57,366 nucleotides of DNA from an uncultured Bacilli bacterium. GTDB taxonomy: Bacteria; Bacillota_I; Bacilli_A; RF39; UBA660. The stretch spans positions 1 to 57,366 of the forward strand of contig CALVPR010000003.1 in the NCBI GenBank assembly GCA_944351765.1. The letters run 5' to 3'. The notes beneath the pieces are model-generated. The model saw only the letters and a program-made list of their open reading frames with translations, made no database searches and was not told the origin of the DNA. The position numbers were made by a program, and so were the translations under genes. Shown here one piece after another: positions 19,977 to 30,341 of this stretch (positions within the stretch are counted from its first letter, which is position 1; each line of letters starts with the position of its first letter).

Positions 19977-20652
19977 TTATTTGATAGATAAACATATTGA
20001 AAAATTATATAGATATGGATATACTGACTTTTTGTTACCAAATGAATTTTTACAAGTAAAAAATAAGTTAAAGAAAACAGAATATGATGTATATAAACCA
20101 TATATTGATAGTGAAAAAGTAATACTTTATAGAAAGATAAAACCAGAAATAGTATTATACAAGATTATTTGTAGTGAACCTTTAAGACATCAAGATATAT
20201 TAGGAACTTTATTTTCTCTTAATTTAAGTATATATGTATATGGAGATATAATTATAGATGGTAATAATTATTATTTGTTTGTATTACCTACACTAACTAA
20301 TTATTTAGAAAGTAATTTAACTAAAATAAAAAACATTCCTATAACTTTAGAAAAAGAAAATTTATCTATTATAGAAAATTATAAAAGAGAATATAAAGAA
20401 CATGAAATTATTGTAACTAGCCTTAGAATAGATACAGTAATTTCTGGAATAACTGGATTATCAAGAACAATGGTAATTTCTAAAATCAAAAATAAAGAAG
20501 TGTACTTAAATTATGAAATTTTAACAAATAATTCTTATGTTTTAAAAGAAAATGATATTTTTAGTATTAGGAAATATGGAAAATATAAATATAATAAAAT
20601 ATTAAAAAATACTAAAAAAGGGAAATTGTTAATAAATTGTTTTAAATATTGA
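19966..20652 (+). CDS. ylmH: YlmH/Sll1252-family S4 RNA-binding protein
   Basis: TDFL, HQDILG, GDII and SLRID...SR...SIRKYGK. Confidence 0.85.
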   Translation: MKSNYLIDKHIEKLYRYGYTDFLLPNEFLQVKNKLKKTEYDVYKPYIDSEKVILYRKIKPEIVLYKIICSEPLRHQDILGTLFSLNLSIYVYGDIIIDGNNYYLFVLPTLTNYLESNLTKIKNIPITLEKENLSIIENYKREYKEHEIIVTSLRIDTVISGITGLSRTMVISKIKNKEVYLNYEILTNNSYVLKENDIFSIRKYGKYKYNKILKNTKKGKLLINCFKY

Positions 20653-20712
20653 TAAAAATTTATCAATTTTTTTGTTTATAAATAATATTTTTTAAAATAA
20701 ACAAATGTTCTG

Positions 20713-20737
20713 CTATTTTACACAATATGTAAAATAG
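20713..20737. promoter_or_regulatory. perfect 10-bp inverted repeat (candidate operator)
   Basis: CTATTTTACA-CAATA-TGTAAAATAG with no T tail. Confidence 0.45.
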
Positions 20738-20832
20738 AATGTTACCATATTTGCAACAAATCAATATTTTAGATAACCATTTGTTGACAACTATTACTAT
20801 ATGTGATAATTTCAAGTTAGAGGTGGTAATTA

Positions 20833-21255
20833 ATGGCAAGATTAAATAATATTGATAAAATAATCAAAGAATTGGAAAGGCAAGATTGCCTAAAAGAATT
20901 TATTAATTTAACTTTTAATTATAATTTACAAAAAGATGATAATATAGAAGTTTATGTTCAGCATATAAACGATAATGATATTATATATGTTTATCAAATA
21001 GGTAGTAAAAATAGAATTGAATTTTTTGACTTTTTTATGACTGATAATAAAATTTATTTAGAAAAAATAGTAAATAAAAATATTATAACTAATTATATCT
21101 ATATAAATAAATGTATAGAGCTATATAATAGTAAAAAAATGATAAACAATTTAATTAGATTTACAGTATCATTTTATTTGGATAACAAAAAAAAGATATT
21201 GTTAGAATATCTTCCAAAGAATATAGTAGATATAATTATAAATATTAGTTCTTAA
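20833..21255 (+). CDS. hypothetical protein
   Basis: 140-aa ORF with GAGGTGG RBS and upstream TGTGATAAT -10; no recognised motif. Confidence 0.65.
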   Translation: MARLNNIDKIIKELERQDCLKEFINLTFNYNLQKDDNIEVYVQHINDNDIIYVYQIGSKNRIEFFDFFMTDNKIYLEKIVNKNIITNYIYINKCIELYNSKKMINNLIRFTVSFYLDNKKKILLEYLPKNIVDIIINISS

Positions 21256-22384
21256 TAATAGGTTTACTATTATATTCTAGTTTTATGAGTTCAAAATTAT
21301 TGGTAACAAACGCATAAATACTATTGGCTCTAAACTCTAAATCCAGTAAATTAGATATATTAGGTTTATATCTAGTTATAATAGGGATATTAATATCTTT
21401 TTTTATACTATTTAAATATTTTTGTCCAGCATTTGTGAATCCTAATAATCTTATGTAATCAATTTTTATACTTTGAGCTTCTTCTTTTGTAAAATTAGTA
21501 AGTATATGTAATAACATTCTATTTATCTTATTATAAGTGTATCTTTTAGTCTTTATATTCATAACAAGTTCATTATAATTTGAAGATTTATATATATTTT
21601 TAATTATTCTATTTTCTATTCCTTCATCAACTGTTTGATAATTATTTAATTTATTAGAGTTATTAATAATTTGATATTTTAAGTATGGATAAAAATCATT
21701 TAGAGATAAAAGTTTTAAATATTTGTAGGTATTATTAGGTATATAATTAGTAATATCATTTTTTTCTATTAATAATTTTCTAATTAAACTAGCATTAATA
21801 ATATTACTATTTATATCTTTACTATGATAATCATTAGTTCTTTTAATAGTTACAGGTGTTATTTTATAATCATTCTTTATAATTTCTTTTATGTAAGAAA
21901 GTCCTAGTAGATCATTGGGTTTATTAATTGTTGTATTTGTAATGTCACTTAAAGCTTTACTTAAAGCAGTAGGGTAATTAATACCATTATCTAAATAATT
22001 TTTTACTATATTATTATATTCTTTATTGTTTAGTTGAATATTAGCAAGATTAGTTAGTTCTTGGATATTATTACTTTCACTTCCAAATACTAAAGTATCT
22101 ATTTTTAAATGACTTAATATTTCTATTGCCCCTTTTGCAAATATATCAGACGATTGTGTTGCATACCCAAAAGGTAATTCGATAAAGATATCTACGCCAT
22201 AATCAAGAGCAATTTTTGTTTTATCCCATTTGTTTATAATCGATACGTCTCCTCTTTGAGTAAAATTTGAGGAACATACTACTATAATAATACTATGAGG
22301 ATACATTTCTTTAACCTTTTTTAATTGATATAAGTGCCCTAAATGGAAAGGATTATATTCACATACTATACCTATAACGTTCAT
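21245..22384 (-). CDS. tmcAL: tRNA(Met) cytidine acetate ligase (YlbM)
   Basis: EYNPFHLGH, FTQRG, FGSES, PNDLLG and TKRYT. Confidence 0.92.
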   Translation of the reverse strand: MNVIGIVCEYNPFHLGHLYQLKKVKEMYPHSIIIVVCSSNFTQRGDVSIINKWDKTKIALDYGVDIFIELPFGYATQSSDIFAKGAIEILSHLKIDTLVFGSESNNIQELTNLANIQLNNKEYNNIVKNYLDNGINYPTALSKALSDITNTTINKPNDLLGLSYIKEIIKNDYKITPVTIKRTNDYHSKDINSNIINASLIRKLLIEKNDITNYIPNNTYKYLKLLSLNDFYPYLKYQIINNSNKLNNYQTVDEGIENRIIKNIYKSSNYNELVMNIKTKRYTYNKINRMLLHILTNFTKEEAQSIKIDYIRLLGFTNAGQKYLNSIKKDINIPIITRYKPNISNLLDLEFRANSIYAFVTNNFELIKLEYNSKPIIKN

Positions 22385-22443
22385 AAAATCACCAGCATTA
22401 ATATATCATATTATTATAAATTTTACAAATAAAAAAGAAAACA

Positions 22444-22875
22444 TTAATTATTTTTCTTTTTAAATACAAATAATTTACTTAATACATAATTTAATACAAT
22501 TACAATAAATTGAGCAATTACTTTAGCAATTTTATCATTAATTAGTATTACTTTAACTGTTATAAACATAAATGCTAGTTCAATAAGTAAAGTAGTTATT
22601 CTTGAAGATACAAACATACTAAATACTTTTAATTCTTCTTTTTTATTAGAAGTTATAGTATTAAATACAAACTTTTTATTAGTGATATATGCAAATACAA
22701 CAGCACATATCCAAGATAAAACATTAGCAAGTATGAATAATATATTATTTTCTATATCTAAAATTAAAGAGAAAATGAAATAGGTAACAATACTTACTAC
22801 AGTAGTAAGAACTCCCACGATTAAATAGTTTATTATCTCTTGATATTTTTTATATAAATCAAATATTTTATTCAT
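22444..22875 (-). CDS. GtrA/GtcA-family Und-P-sugar flippase
   Basis: 4 TMs; YLIVGVLTTVV, FAYITNKKFVF and NYVLSKLFVF. Confidence 0.9.
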   Translation of the reverse strand: MNKIFDLYKKYQEIINYLIVGVLTTVVSIVTYFIFSLILDIENNILFILANVLSWICAVVFAYITNKKFVFNTITSNKKEELKVFSMFVSSRITTLLIELAFMFITVKVILINDKIAKVIAQFIVIVLNYVLSKLFVFKKKNN

Positions 22876-23815
22876 CTTTTTTATCCTTTATATTAGTATC
22901 TTTAATTATATATATAGGTCTATTTTTTACTTCAAGATATACTTTAGATAGATACTGTCCAATAATACCAATACAGAATAATTGAATACCACTTACAAAG
23001 AAGATAATACACGCAAGGCTTGGCCAACCGGAAGTTGGATCTCCAAATATTAATGTTTTAACAATTATAAATATTATTAGAATAAATGATATTAAACAAA
23101 ATAGAACACCGATAATTGATGATACAATAAGTGGAGCAGTAGAGAATCCTACAATTCCATCAATGGCATAAGAAAATAGTTTCCAAAAATTCCATTTTGT
23201 AGTACCTGCAACTCTTTCTTGATTTTCAAATTCAATCCATTTTGTTTTAAAGCCAACAAAGCTAAATAATCCTTTAGAGTATCTATTATATTCTTTCATA
23301 TTAATAATAGCATTAACCATTTGTCTAGTCATAAGACGATAGTCTCTAGCACCTGCAACCATTTCTGTTTTAGATATTTTAGCAATTATTTTATAAAACC
23401 ACCTAGTAAATGTTTTTCTTAAAAACGAATAACCGTTTCTACTAGTGCTTTTTGTAGCAACACAATCATATCCTTCTTCAGTAATACCTTTAATCATTTC
23501 TGGCAAAAGAGAAGGGGGATCTTGCAAGTCAACATCCATTGTGGTTATATAGTCACCACTGCTAAGTTCTAATCCTGCATACATTGCAGCTTCTTTTCCA
23601 AAGTTTCTAGAAAAGTCAATAAATTTAACCCTTTTATCTTTTTTAGCAAGTTCTTTCATAATAGAAGCACTATTATCTTTTGAACCATCATTTACAAATA
23701 TAAATTCGAAATCATAATCTTTTATTTCCTTACTTGTTTTATTTATTTCTTCATAAAACAGTGGAATAGCTTCTTCTTCATTGTAACAAGGAACTACGAT
23801 ACTAATTTTTTTCAT
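22868..23815 (-). CDS. GT2 Und-P glycosyltransferase (CsbB/GtrB-like)
   Basis: VVPCYNEE, DGSKD, FSRNFGKE, DVDLQDPP, two C-terminal TMs and RPIY. Confidence 0.92.
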   Translation of the reverse strand: MKKISIVVPCYNEEEAIPLFYEEINKTSKEIKDYDFEFIFVNDGSKDNSASIMKELAKKDKRVKFIDFSRNFGKEAAMYAGLELSSGDYITTMDVDLQDPPSLLPEMIKGITEEGYDCVATKSTSRNGYSFLRKTFTRWFYKIIAKISKTEMVAGARDYRLMTRQMVNAIINMKEYNRYSKGLFSFVGFKTKWIEFENQERVAGTTKWNFWKLFSYAIDGIVGFSTAPLIVSSIIGVLFCLISFILIIFIIVKTLIFGDPTSGWPSLACIIFFVSGIQLFCIGIIGQYLSKVYLEVKNRPIYIIKDTNIKDKKDE

Positions 23816-26273
23816 TTTTACTCCTCCAATCGAAAATAATAATTCCTATATATATTATAACACCAATTATACTAATAATTTTAGCAATATTACTAAACGG
23901 TGCAGTATAATTAATGGATATTTTATGTTCTCCTTTATTAATTTCAAAACCAATAAAAGCAGTATCTACTAATTCATAATCAATTTCTTTATTATCTAAT
24001 TTAATATTAAATCCTTTATCATAAGGAATACTTAGTATAAAGTAGCCATCTTCTTCGACATTGATGCTTCCATTGATATAATCTCCATAAGTAGTATTCT
24101 TATCAATTATAAAATTACTATGTGTATCGTTAATATTCTTAACTTTATCGTAATCCATGGTATATATTTTAATATTATTAATTTCATAATGACCTTTACT
24201 AAATGTTATATCTAAATTATTACTGTCTAATACATAATGGAATGTATAATTATTATTATGATATTTCCATCCTTTATAAGACAATGTATTTATGACATTA
24301 TTAATAGTAATAGTAGTATCTTTTTTATCATTATAATTCATATCAAAAGTAACAAATATAACTTTATCTTTAATACTATCATCAATTTTAATATTCATAG
24401 TACCATTGCTTTCTGAATCAATTATATACATATTATTTTCATTGTTAATAGTTAAATTACTATAACTTGTAAGATTTATTTGTCCATTATATTCATTAAC
24501 ATTACTTTTATATACATCGTCCATATCTTTATCTACAATAATATAATTTAATAAAGCATCAATTGTATATGGATAAGATAAACTATCGAATTCTTCTTTT
24601 GACATTAATTTATTGCTTGAGTATCCAATACTAAATACATCATTATTTACATATAAGTTATCGCTAACTAAATTATAACCTTTAATAGGGTACTTAGATA
24701 TTAAATATTTATTACCCATATATATATTAAATAAAGGGTTACTGCTTTGGGTAATCGTATGATAATCTTTATTATAAATTTCGTTACTAAATATATTTCT
24801 AACGAAGTTTATATAATACATATTTGAAGTAGAAGAATATATTGTACTTAAGTAATAATTATCTTCATATACATTATTAACATTTTCTAGAATATAAGAT
24901 AAGTTACCAACTCTATAAAATGAATCATCTGAAATGGAATTATTGCTTGTCTCTATGTTATTAAGTTCTTCTTTAGTAACTAATTTATCATCAGTATTTA
25001 TTGCAATACAATATCCCATACTAAGTAAAATAATTGGAATAATAACTATATATTCTTTTTTCTTTTTTTTGTATATTATAATGCTTCCAATTACAATTAT
25101 ATAATCAATTATAAAGAATATTAAATATTGAAAGTTTAAATTCATAAATATAATAATTATAAATACTATTAGAGATATAATTGTTAATTTTTTAGAATTA
25201 ATTTCCTTTTTTAATATTCTATTTATAGTGTTTGCAATTAAATATATACAAATTGGAATTAAAGGTATAAAACTTTTACCATCAATATACATAAATCCAT
25301 TTAATAAATAATTAAAAATAGGGAATATAATTAAAATACTAATAATAATACTTAACATTCGTAAATTCTTTTTATTACCAATAATATTTTCAATTAAACT
25401 AATTATAAAGATTGATGATAGACCAATACTATAAGATTTATACATAAATAAATTAATATCAATTTTAGGAATAAGTAGACTAAGAATATTGATACTAGTA
25501 TTTGTATCACTTCTTCCAGACATTAAAGTATACACAGTAGGAATAAGTAATATTGAAGATATTAAAATTGGTACTATAATTATTAATACAAACTTAAATC
25601 CTTCTTTAAAAAGATCTTTAAACTTACATTTAGGATTAATACTAATATATTTAAATAGTGCATAAATACATATAGTAACAAGAGCCCCAACACTGTAAAA
25701 ATAACTAGTTAAAATAATTAATAATACATTTAAAATTAAATGTTTTTTATCTTTAGTATCAAAGTATTTATCTACTGATAAAAGTGCTAATATAAGAAAT
25801 AACATATAATCGTTAAACATAATATGTCTATGAGTATGAAATATTATTGGGCCTGCTAGTAAGAAAATAAATGTTGAAATAAAAGCAACTTTACTAGAAA
25901 ATTTATTATTAATCCATTTATATAACATAATACAGCTTAATATTACAAGTAATATATTACTAATAATTATATAATCTATCATTTTTATAAAAGGGAATAG
26001 GCAAGATAATATAATAATCGGATTAAATAATCCATGATAAGATAAGTAATATATATTTTGTCCCCCACCTAAATTAAAAGCAAAATTAGGAAATAGGGAA
26101 TGGGTACTATAAAATAAATTTCTTAAATATTCGGGTATTCTAAAATGTTGACTTATCCAATCGACAGTTGAACCATAAGTATATCCCATTATATTAACAA
26201 CAATTATATATATTATAAAGAAAGAAAGAATAATACTTAAATTAATATAATCTTTTTTATTAAGTTTCTTCAT
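23802..26273 (-). CDS. YfhO-family GT-C membrane glycosyltransferase
   Basis: DWISQH, NLGGGQN, many TMs, C-terminal SIPYDKGF...GEHKI.I.Y.P. Confidence 0.88.
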   Translation of the reverse strand: MKKLNKKDYINLSIILSFFIIYIIVVNIMGYTYGSTVDWISQHFRIPEYLRNLFYSTHSLFPNFAFNLGGGQNIYYLSYHGLFNPIIILSCLFPFIKMIDYIIISNILLVILSCIMLYKWINNKFSSKVAFISTFIFLLAGPIIFHTHRHIMFNDYMLFLILALLSVDKYFDTKDKKHLILNVLLIILTSYFYSVGALVTICIYALFKYISINPKCKFKDLFKEGFKFVLIIIVPILISSILLIPTVYTLMSGRSDTNTSINILSLLIPKIDINLFMYKSYSIGLSSIFIISLIENIIGNKKNLRMLSIIISILIIFPIFNYLLNGFMYIDGKSFIPLIPICIYLIANTINRILKKEINSKKLTIISLIVFIIIIFMNLNFQYLIFFIIDYIIVIGSIIIYKKKKKEYIVIIPIILLSMGYCIAINTDDKLVTKEELNNIETSNNSISDDSFYRVGNLSYILENVNNVYEDNYYLSTIYSSTSNMYYINFVRNIFSNEIYNKDYHTITQSSNPLFNIYMGNKYLISKYPIKGYNLVSDNLYVNNDVFSIGYSSNKLMSKEEFDSLSYPYTIDALLNYIIVDKDMDDVYKSNVNEYNGQINLTSYSNLTINNENNMYIIDSESNGTMNIKIDDSIKDKVIFVTFDMNYNDKKDTTITINNVINTLSYKGWKYHNNNYTFHYVLDSNNLDITFSKGHYEINNIKIYTMDYDKVKNINDTHSNFIIDKNTTYGDYINGSINVEEDGYFILSIPYDKGFNIKLDNKEIDYELVDTAFIGFEINKGEHKISINYTAPFSNIAKIISIIGVIIYIGIIIFDWRSKNEKN

Positions 26274-28191
26274 TAGTATCTTCTTCCTTTACTGTTGTTT
26301 CTTTTTTTATTGTTTTAAAGTAATCATATTTTAATACTAAATCATTTTTCTTTATAATATAATTGATATAATTATTTTTTTCTTCTAATTCTTCATCACT
26401 TATTTTCCCATTATTAGCAACTATACCACCATCAACATAGACATTCCCATCATACCAAGAATAATCACTAAAGAAAGCTATTCCTTCATAATTAGGATCT
26501 AGTGCATCTGAGCCAATATAATAACTTGGATGTTCATACATGCCAAATAGATTTAATACAGTTGGTAAAATATTTAATTGGGATGTAACAGAAGTAATAT
26601 TTGTACTTTCAATATCTTTTGACCATATAAAGAATGGTGTATGATTTATTAAGTTATTAGATGTTTCTTTATACTTTGCAAGTATTGTCTTATCAGTTAG
26701 AGTATATAAATAATGATCTGTATAAACAACTAGTACTGTATTGTCGATAAGATTATTATCTTCAAGAGCTTGCAATAGCATACCTATCATATCATCAGTT
26801 TCTTTAGCTTGAATTCTTGTACAGTCTTCTTCAGATAAAGTTGTACCTTCTTCTAAAGTGTCTTCTGTGAGCATTTTGCATACACCTTTATTTTGTGAAA
26901 AAGGGATATGATTAGAATAAGTAATAATGTAATTAACAAATTTAGTATCAATAGGGAACATGTTTTCGTAAAATGTTTCGTTTTTTATAAGTTCTGTATC
27001 TAAATAATAAGTTTCATCTTTATAGTCTCCTAAATCTTTTAAGCCAAAATAATTGTCATATCCCCAATTTTTATAGTTGATACCCCTTGAATAATATTCG
27101 CTTGAATTCATATGAAATGCGTTAACAGTGTAGCCTAATTCTTTAAAAAGTTTAGCCATTCCATAATCAAAGTTATTTTTATTAAAAGTATAAGCGTTTT
27201 TAGTATAAGTAATTGGAGTTAAATAACCTGTATTAACAGCAAATTCTGAATTAAAAGTTGAACCACCACCATTATAATAAGAGTAGTGATTAGTAAAATT
27301 AATTCCTTCATTCATTAATTTATATAAATTAGGCATTCCTTCTTCGGTTACTAACCAATCATCGATTCCTTCTAGTTGTAAGAATATAAGATTTTTGCCT
27401 TCAAAAATTCCTGTATATTCGTTATTATGTTCTTCTTCACTTAAAAAGACGTCTTCTAAAAATTCAAGTTCTGAATCATCTCTTACTTCTTCTTCTTTTA
27501 AAAATGTTATGTAGAAGTTTCTTACAGTATATTCATATAATCCTGCTACTGCCATACTTTTATTATTATCATTAAAATTAATATATATGTTTTTAAAATT
27601 TCTCCAAGTGTTCCAACTAAGGTCAGAGTTAGATGGACCTAATAAAACTGGAATAATAAAGTGACCAATTAAAAATATTAATATTGCTTTTATTAAAAAT
27701 TTATAATTGTTAGTTTCATAATTTGGAATATGCTTATAACCGTTTATTCCTGTGTAAACAGCTATAATGCTAATTACATAAATCCATAAATTAGTACTTT
27801 TAATAGCATCAATTATATAAGAACTTCCTTCACTTGCCATTTCTAGTAAACTAAAATCAAAAAAATTATTAGTTAAGCCATAATAAACATTGTTTACATA
27901 AAATATAATAAAAGATAACAGTAGAAGAATTAAATATATAAATTTACTATATTTTTTTTTAAAGGATAATACTAAACTTATAAATAAAAATATCCAAATA
28001 ATTGTAAACAAATTGGGAACTGGTTGATAAAAACCAAATGAATCTATTGGTTTAGCAAAAATTCTAGTAGATAGATCTAATATTAAAAATGGTAAAGCCA
28101 TATATATAATATAAATATATTTTATTAAAAAATCTCTAATTATTATTGTGTATTTTTTAGCGAAATTTTTAAATTTACTTATTTTTTCCAC
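26260..28191 (-). CDS. LTA synthase-family (sulfatase-like) membrane protein, paralog 1
   Basis: 5 TMs; GKNLIFLQLEG, GGSTFNSEF, NHIPF and YTDH; GTG start at 28191 after GGTGA is likely (ORF track start 28203). Confidence 0.85.
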   Translation of the reverse strand: MEKISKFKNFAKKYTIIIRDFLIKYIYIIYMALPFLILDLSTRIFAKPIDSFGFYQPVPNLFTIIWIFLFISLVLSFKKKYSKFIYLILLLLSFIIFYVNNVYYGLTNNFFDFSLLEMASEGSSYIIDAIKSTNLWIYVISIIAVYTGINGYKHIPNYETNNYKFLIKAILIFLIGHFIIPVLLGPSNSDLSWNTWRNFKNIYINFNDNNKSMAVAGLYEYTVRNFYITFLKEEEVRDDSELEFLEDVFLSEEEHNNEYTGIFEGKNLIFLQLEGIDDWLVTEEGMPNLYKLMNEGINFTNHYSYYNGGGSTFNSEFAVNTGYLTPITYTKNAYTFNKNNFDYGMAKLFKELGYTVNAFHMNSSEYYSRGINYKNWGYDNYFGLKDLGDYKDETYYLDTELIKNETFYENMFPIDTKFVNYIITYSNHIPFSQNKGVCKMLTEDTLEEGTTLSEEDCTRIQAKETDDMIGMLLQALEDNNLIDNTVLVVYTDHYLYTLTDKTILAKYKETSNNLINHTPFFIWSKDIESTNITSVTSQLNILPTVLNLFGMYEHPSYYIGSDALDPNYEGIAFFSDYSWYDGNVYVDGGIVANNGKISDEELEEKNNYINYIIKKNDLVLKYDYFKTIKKETTVKEEDTNEET

Positions 28192-28365
28192 GTAAATCAC
28201 CACAAAAAAATTATATCATTAATTGTTATTTTTATCAAGAAAGAGGATGTAACTATTATTAATTGTTAATATTTATATGTTATTATTAAATAAATCGTGT
28301 TATTAAAAAAATAAAACAATTGATAAATATTTATATAAGTGATATAATTTTTATGAGGTTATTAT

Positions 28366-30330
28366 ATGAAATTTAAAGAAAAAATAAAAAAATCATTTGT
28401 TGAATATAGACTATTATATTATTTTATATTTTCTTCAATTATAAATGCGACTATGTTAAGATGTTTTACGGTATTTAATTATTTTTCTTTAAGACCGTTT
28501 ATAGCAGATTTAGGAATAATTTTTTTATTTAGTGCTTTGTCATTTTTAGTTAAAGAAAAAAATAAAAATAAATATTTTTTAATATTAACTATAATATCGG
28601 TAGTTATGTTTATTGTAAATTCAATGTATTATACTTTTTATAAATCGTTTGCATCAGTTTCATTACTTGCAACATCAGTATTTGTAGTTGATGTGGGAGA
28701 TGCAATAGTTGAAAATGTTGTTCAAATTAAAGACTTGATTTTTTTGTGGCAATTAATAGGGTTAATAATATTGTTAAAATATGAAAAGAAAAATCAAATA
28801 AAAGATAAAACATATAAGGTAAACAAAAAATTATCAAAAAAATTTGCTTTAGGTTTTCTTGTATGTCTTCTTATAGTGGTGGCTATTTCTAAACCTAGTG
28901 ATTATGCCCGTTTTACTAAAGAATGGAATAGGAAAGGGATGGTTATTAATTTTGGAATATATACTTTTCAAATAAATGATATTATACAAAGCTTAAGGCC
29001 ACAATTAAATAATATATTTGGACATGATGTTGCTTATAGAAAAACAGTTGATTTTTACGATGAACATGGTTACGAAAGCACTAAACATGAAGAAAACATT
29101 TTTACAAATGTTTTTGAAGGAAAAAATTTAATTGTTATTCATGCTGAAAGTTTGCAAACTCTTGCAATGAAGCAAGAATTTAATGGTAAAGAAGTAACAC
29201 CTAATTTAAACAAATTAGCTCGCGAAGGTATATTTTTTAGTAATTTTTATTCACAAGTTGGAGTAGGAACAAGTAGTGATGCTGAATTTACTTTCTCAAC
29301 ATCAATGATGCCTTCTTCAAATGGAACAGTTTTTGTTAATTATTATGATAGGGAATATGTGACTATCCAAAAGTTGTTAAAAGAAAAGGGCTATTATGTT
29401 TTTAGTATGCATGGAAATACTGGAAGTTTTTGGAATAGAGATGTTATGCATAAAAATATGGGATATGATGTATTTTTTGATAAAGATCATTATGTAATAG
29501 ATGAAACTATTGGTTTAGGTTTGTCTGATAAATCATTTTTTAAACAGTCTACTGAAATAATTAAGAATATTAAAGATAGTTATGATGGCCCATTTTATGC
29601 TAATTTAATAACTTTAACTAATCATACACCTTTTAGTGATGTTGATTTGCTTGATGAATTGGATACAACACTTAAAGTTAATATTGATGGTCAAATAGTA
29701 GAAAGAGATTATATTGATGGAACAGTTTTAGGAAACTATTTTAGATCTGTTCATTATGAAGATGCAGCAATTGGTGAGTTTATTTTAGAATTAGATGAAG
29801 CAGGGTTACTAGAAAATACTGTTATTGTAATATACGGAGATCATGATGCTAGAATTGGTGAAGAATATTATAATTATTTTTATAATTATGATCCATATAC
29901 TGATACTGTTTTAAATAGTAATGATGAAGGTTACATTTTATATAACGAATATACATATGAATTAGATAGAAAAGTACCATTAATTATTTGGACTAAAGAT
30001 AAAGAATATAATATGGAAATAGATACTCCAATGGGAATGATTGATGTTATGCCTACACTAGGCAATATGTTTAATTTTTATAGCAAATATCAAATGGGAT
30101 ATGATATATTTAGTGTAAAGGATAATATGGTAGTATTTTCAGATGGTTCATATTTAACAGATAAAATTTATTATAATGCTCAAAAAGAAGAACAGTTTCC
30201 TATATCAGCGACTGCTATTAATGAAGAATATATAACTAAAAGAAGTGAATATGCTGACAAATTAATAGAAATATCTAACTATATAATCACATATGATTTA
30301 ATTAAAGAAATAGAAAATGGAAGAAATTAG
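28366..30330 (+). CDS. ltaS: LTA synthase-family protein, paralog 2
   Basis: 5 TMs; GKNLIVIHAES, TPNLN, SDAEF, FWNR, LTNHTPF and YGDH. Confidence 0.88.
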   Translation: MKFKEKIKKSFVEYRLLYYFIFSSIINATMLRCFTVFNYFSLRPFIADLGIIFLFSALSFLVKEKNKNKYFLILTIISVVMFIVNSMYYTFYKSFASVSLLATSVFVVDVGDAIVENVVQIKDLIFLWQLIGLIILLKYEKKNQIKDKTYKVNKKLSKKFALGFLVCLLIVVAISKPSDYARFTKEWNRKGMVINFGIYTFQINDIIQSLRPQLNNIFGHDVAYRKTVDFYDEHGYESTKHEENIFTNVFEGKNLIVIHAESLQTLAMKQEFNGKEVTPNLNKLAREGIFFSNFYSQVGVGTSSDAEFTFSTSMMPSSNGTVFVNYYDREYVTIQKLLKEKGYYVFSMHGNTGSFWNRDVMHKNMGYDVFFDKDHYVIDETIGLGLSDKSFFKQSTEIIKNIKDSYDGPFYANLITLTNHTPFSDVDLLDELDTTLKVNIDGQIVERDYIDGTVLGNYFRSVHYEDAAIGEFILELDEAGLLENTVIVIYGDHDARIGEEYYNYFYNYDPYTDTVLNSNDEGYILYNEYTYELDRKVPLIIWTKDKEYNMEIDTPMGMIDVMPTLGNMFNFYSKYQMGYDIFSVKDNMVVFSDGSYLTDKIYYNAQKEEQFPISATAINEEYITKRSEYADKLIEISNYIITYDLIKEIENGRN

Positions 30331-30341
30331 GAGGGGAATTT

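Noticed and set aside
20699-20710. LexA (Cheo) box-like AAAC-AAAT-GTTC
   Set aside because: One mismatch and about 75 nt upstream of the likely promoter; plausible by chance
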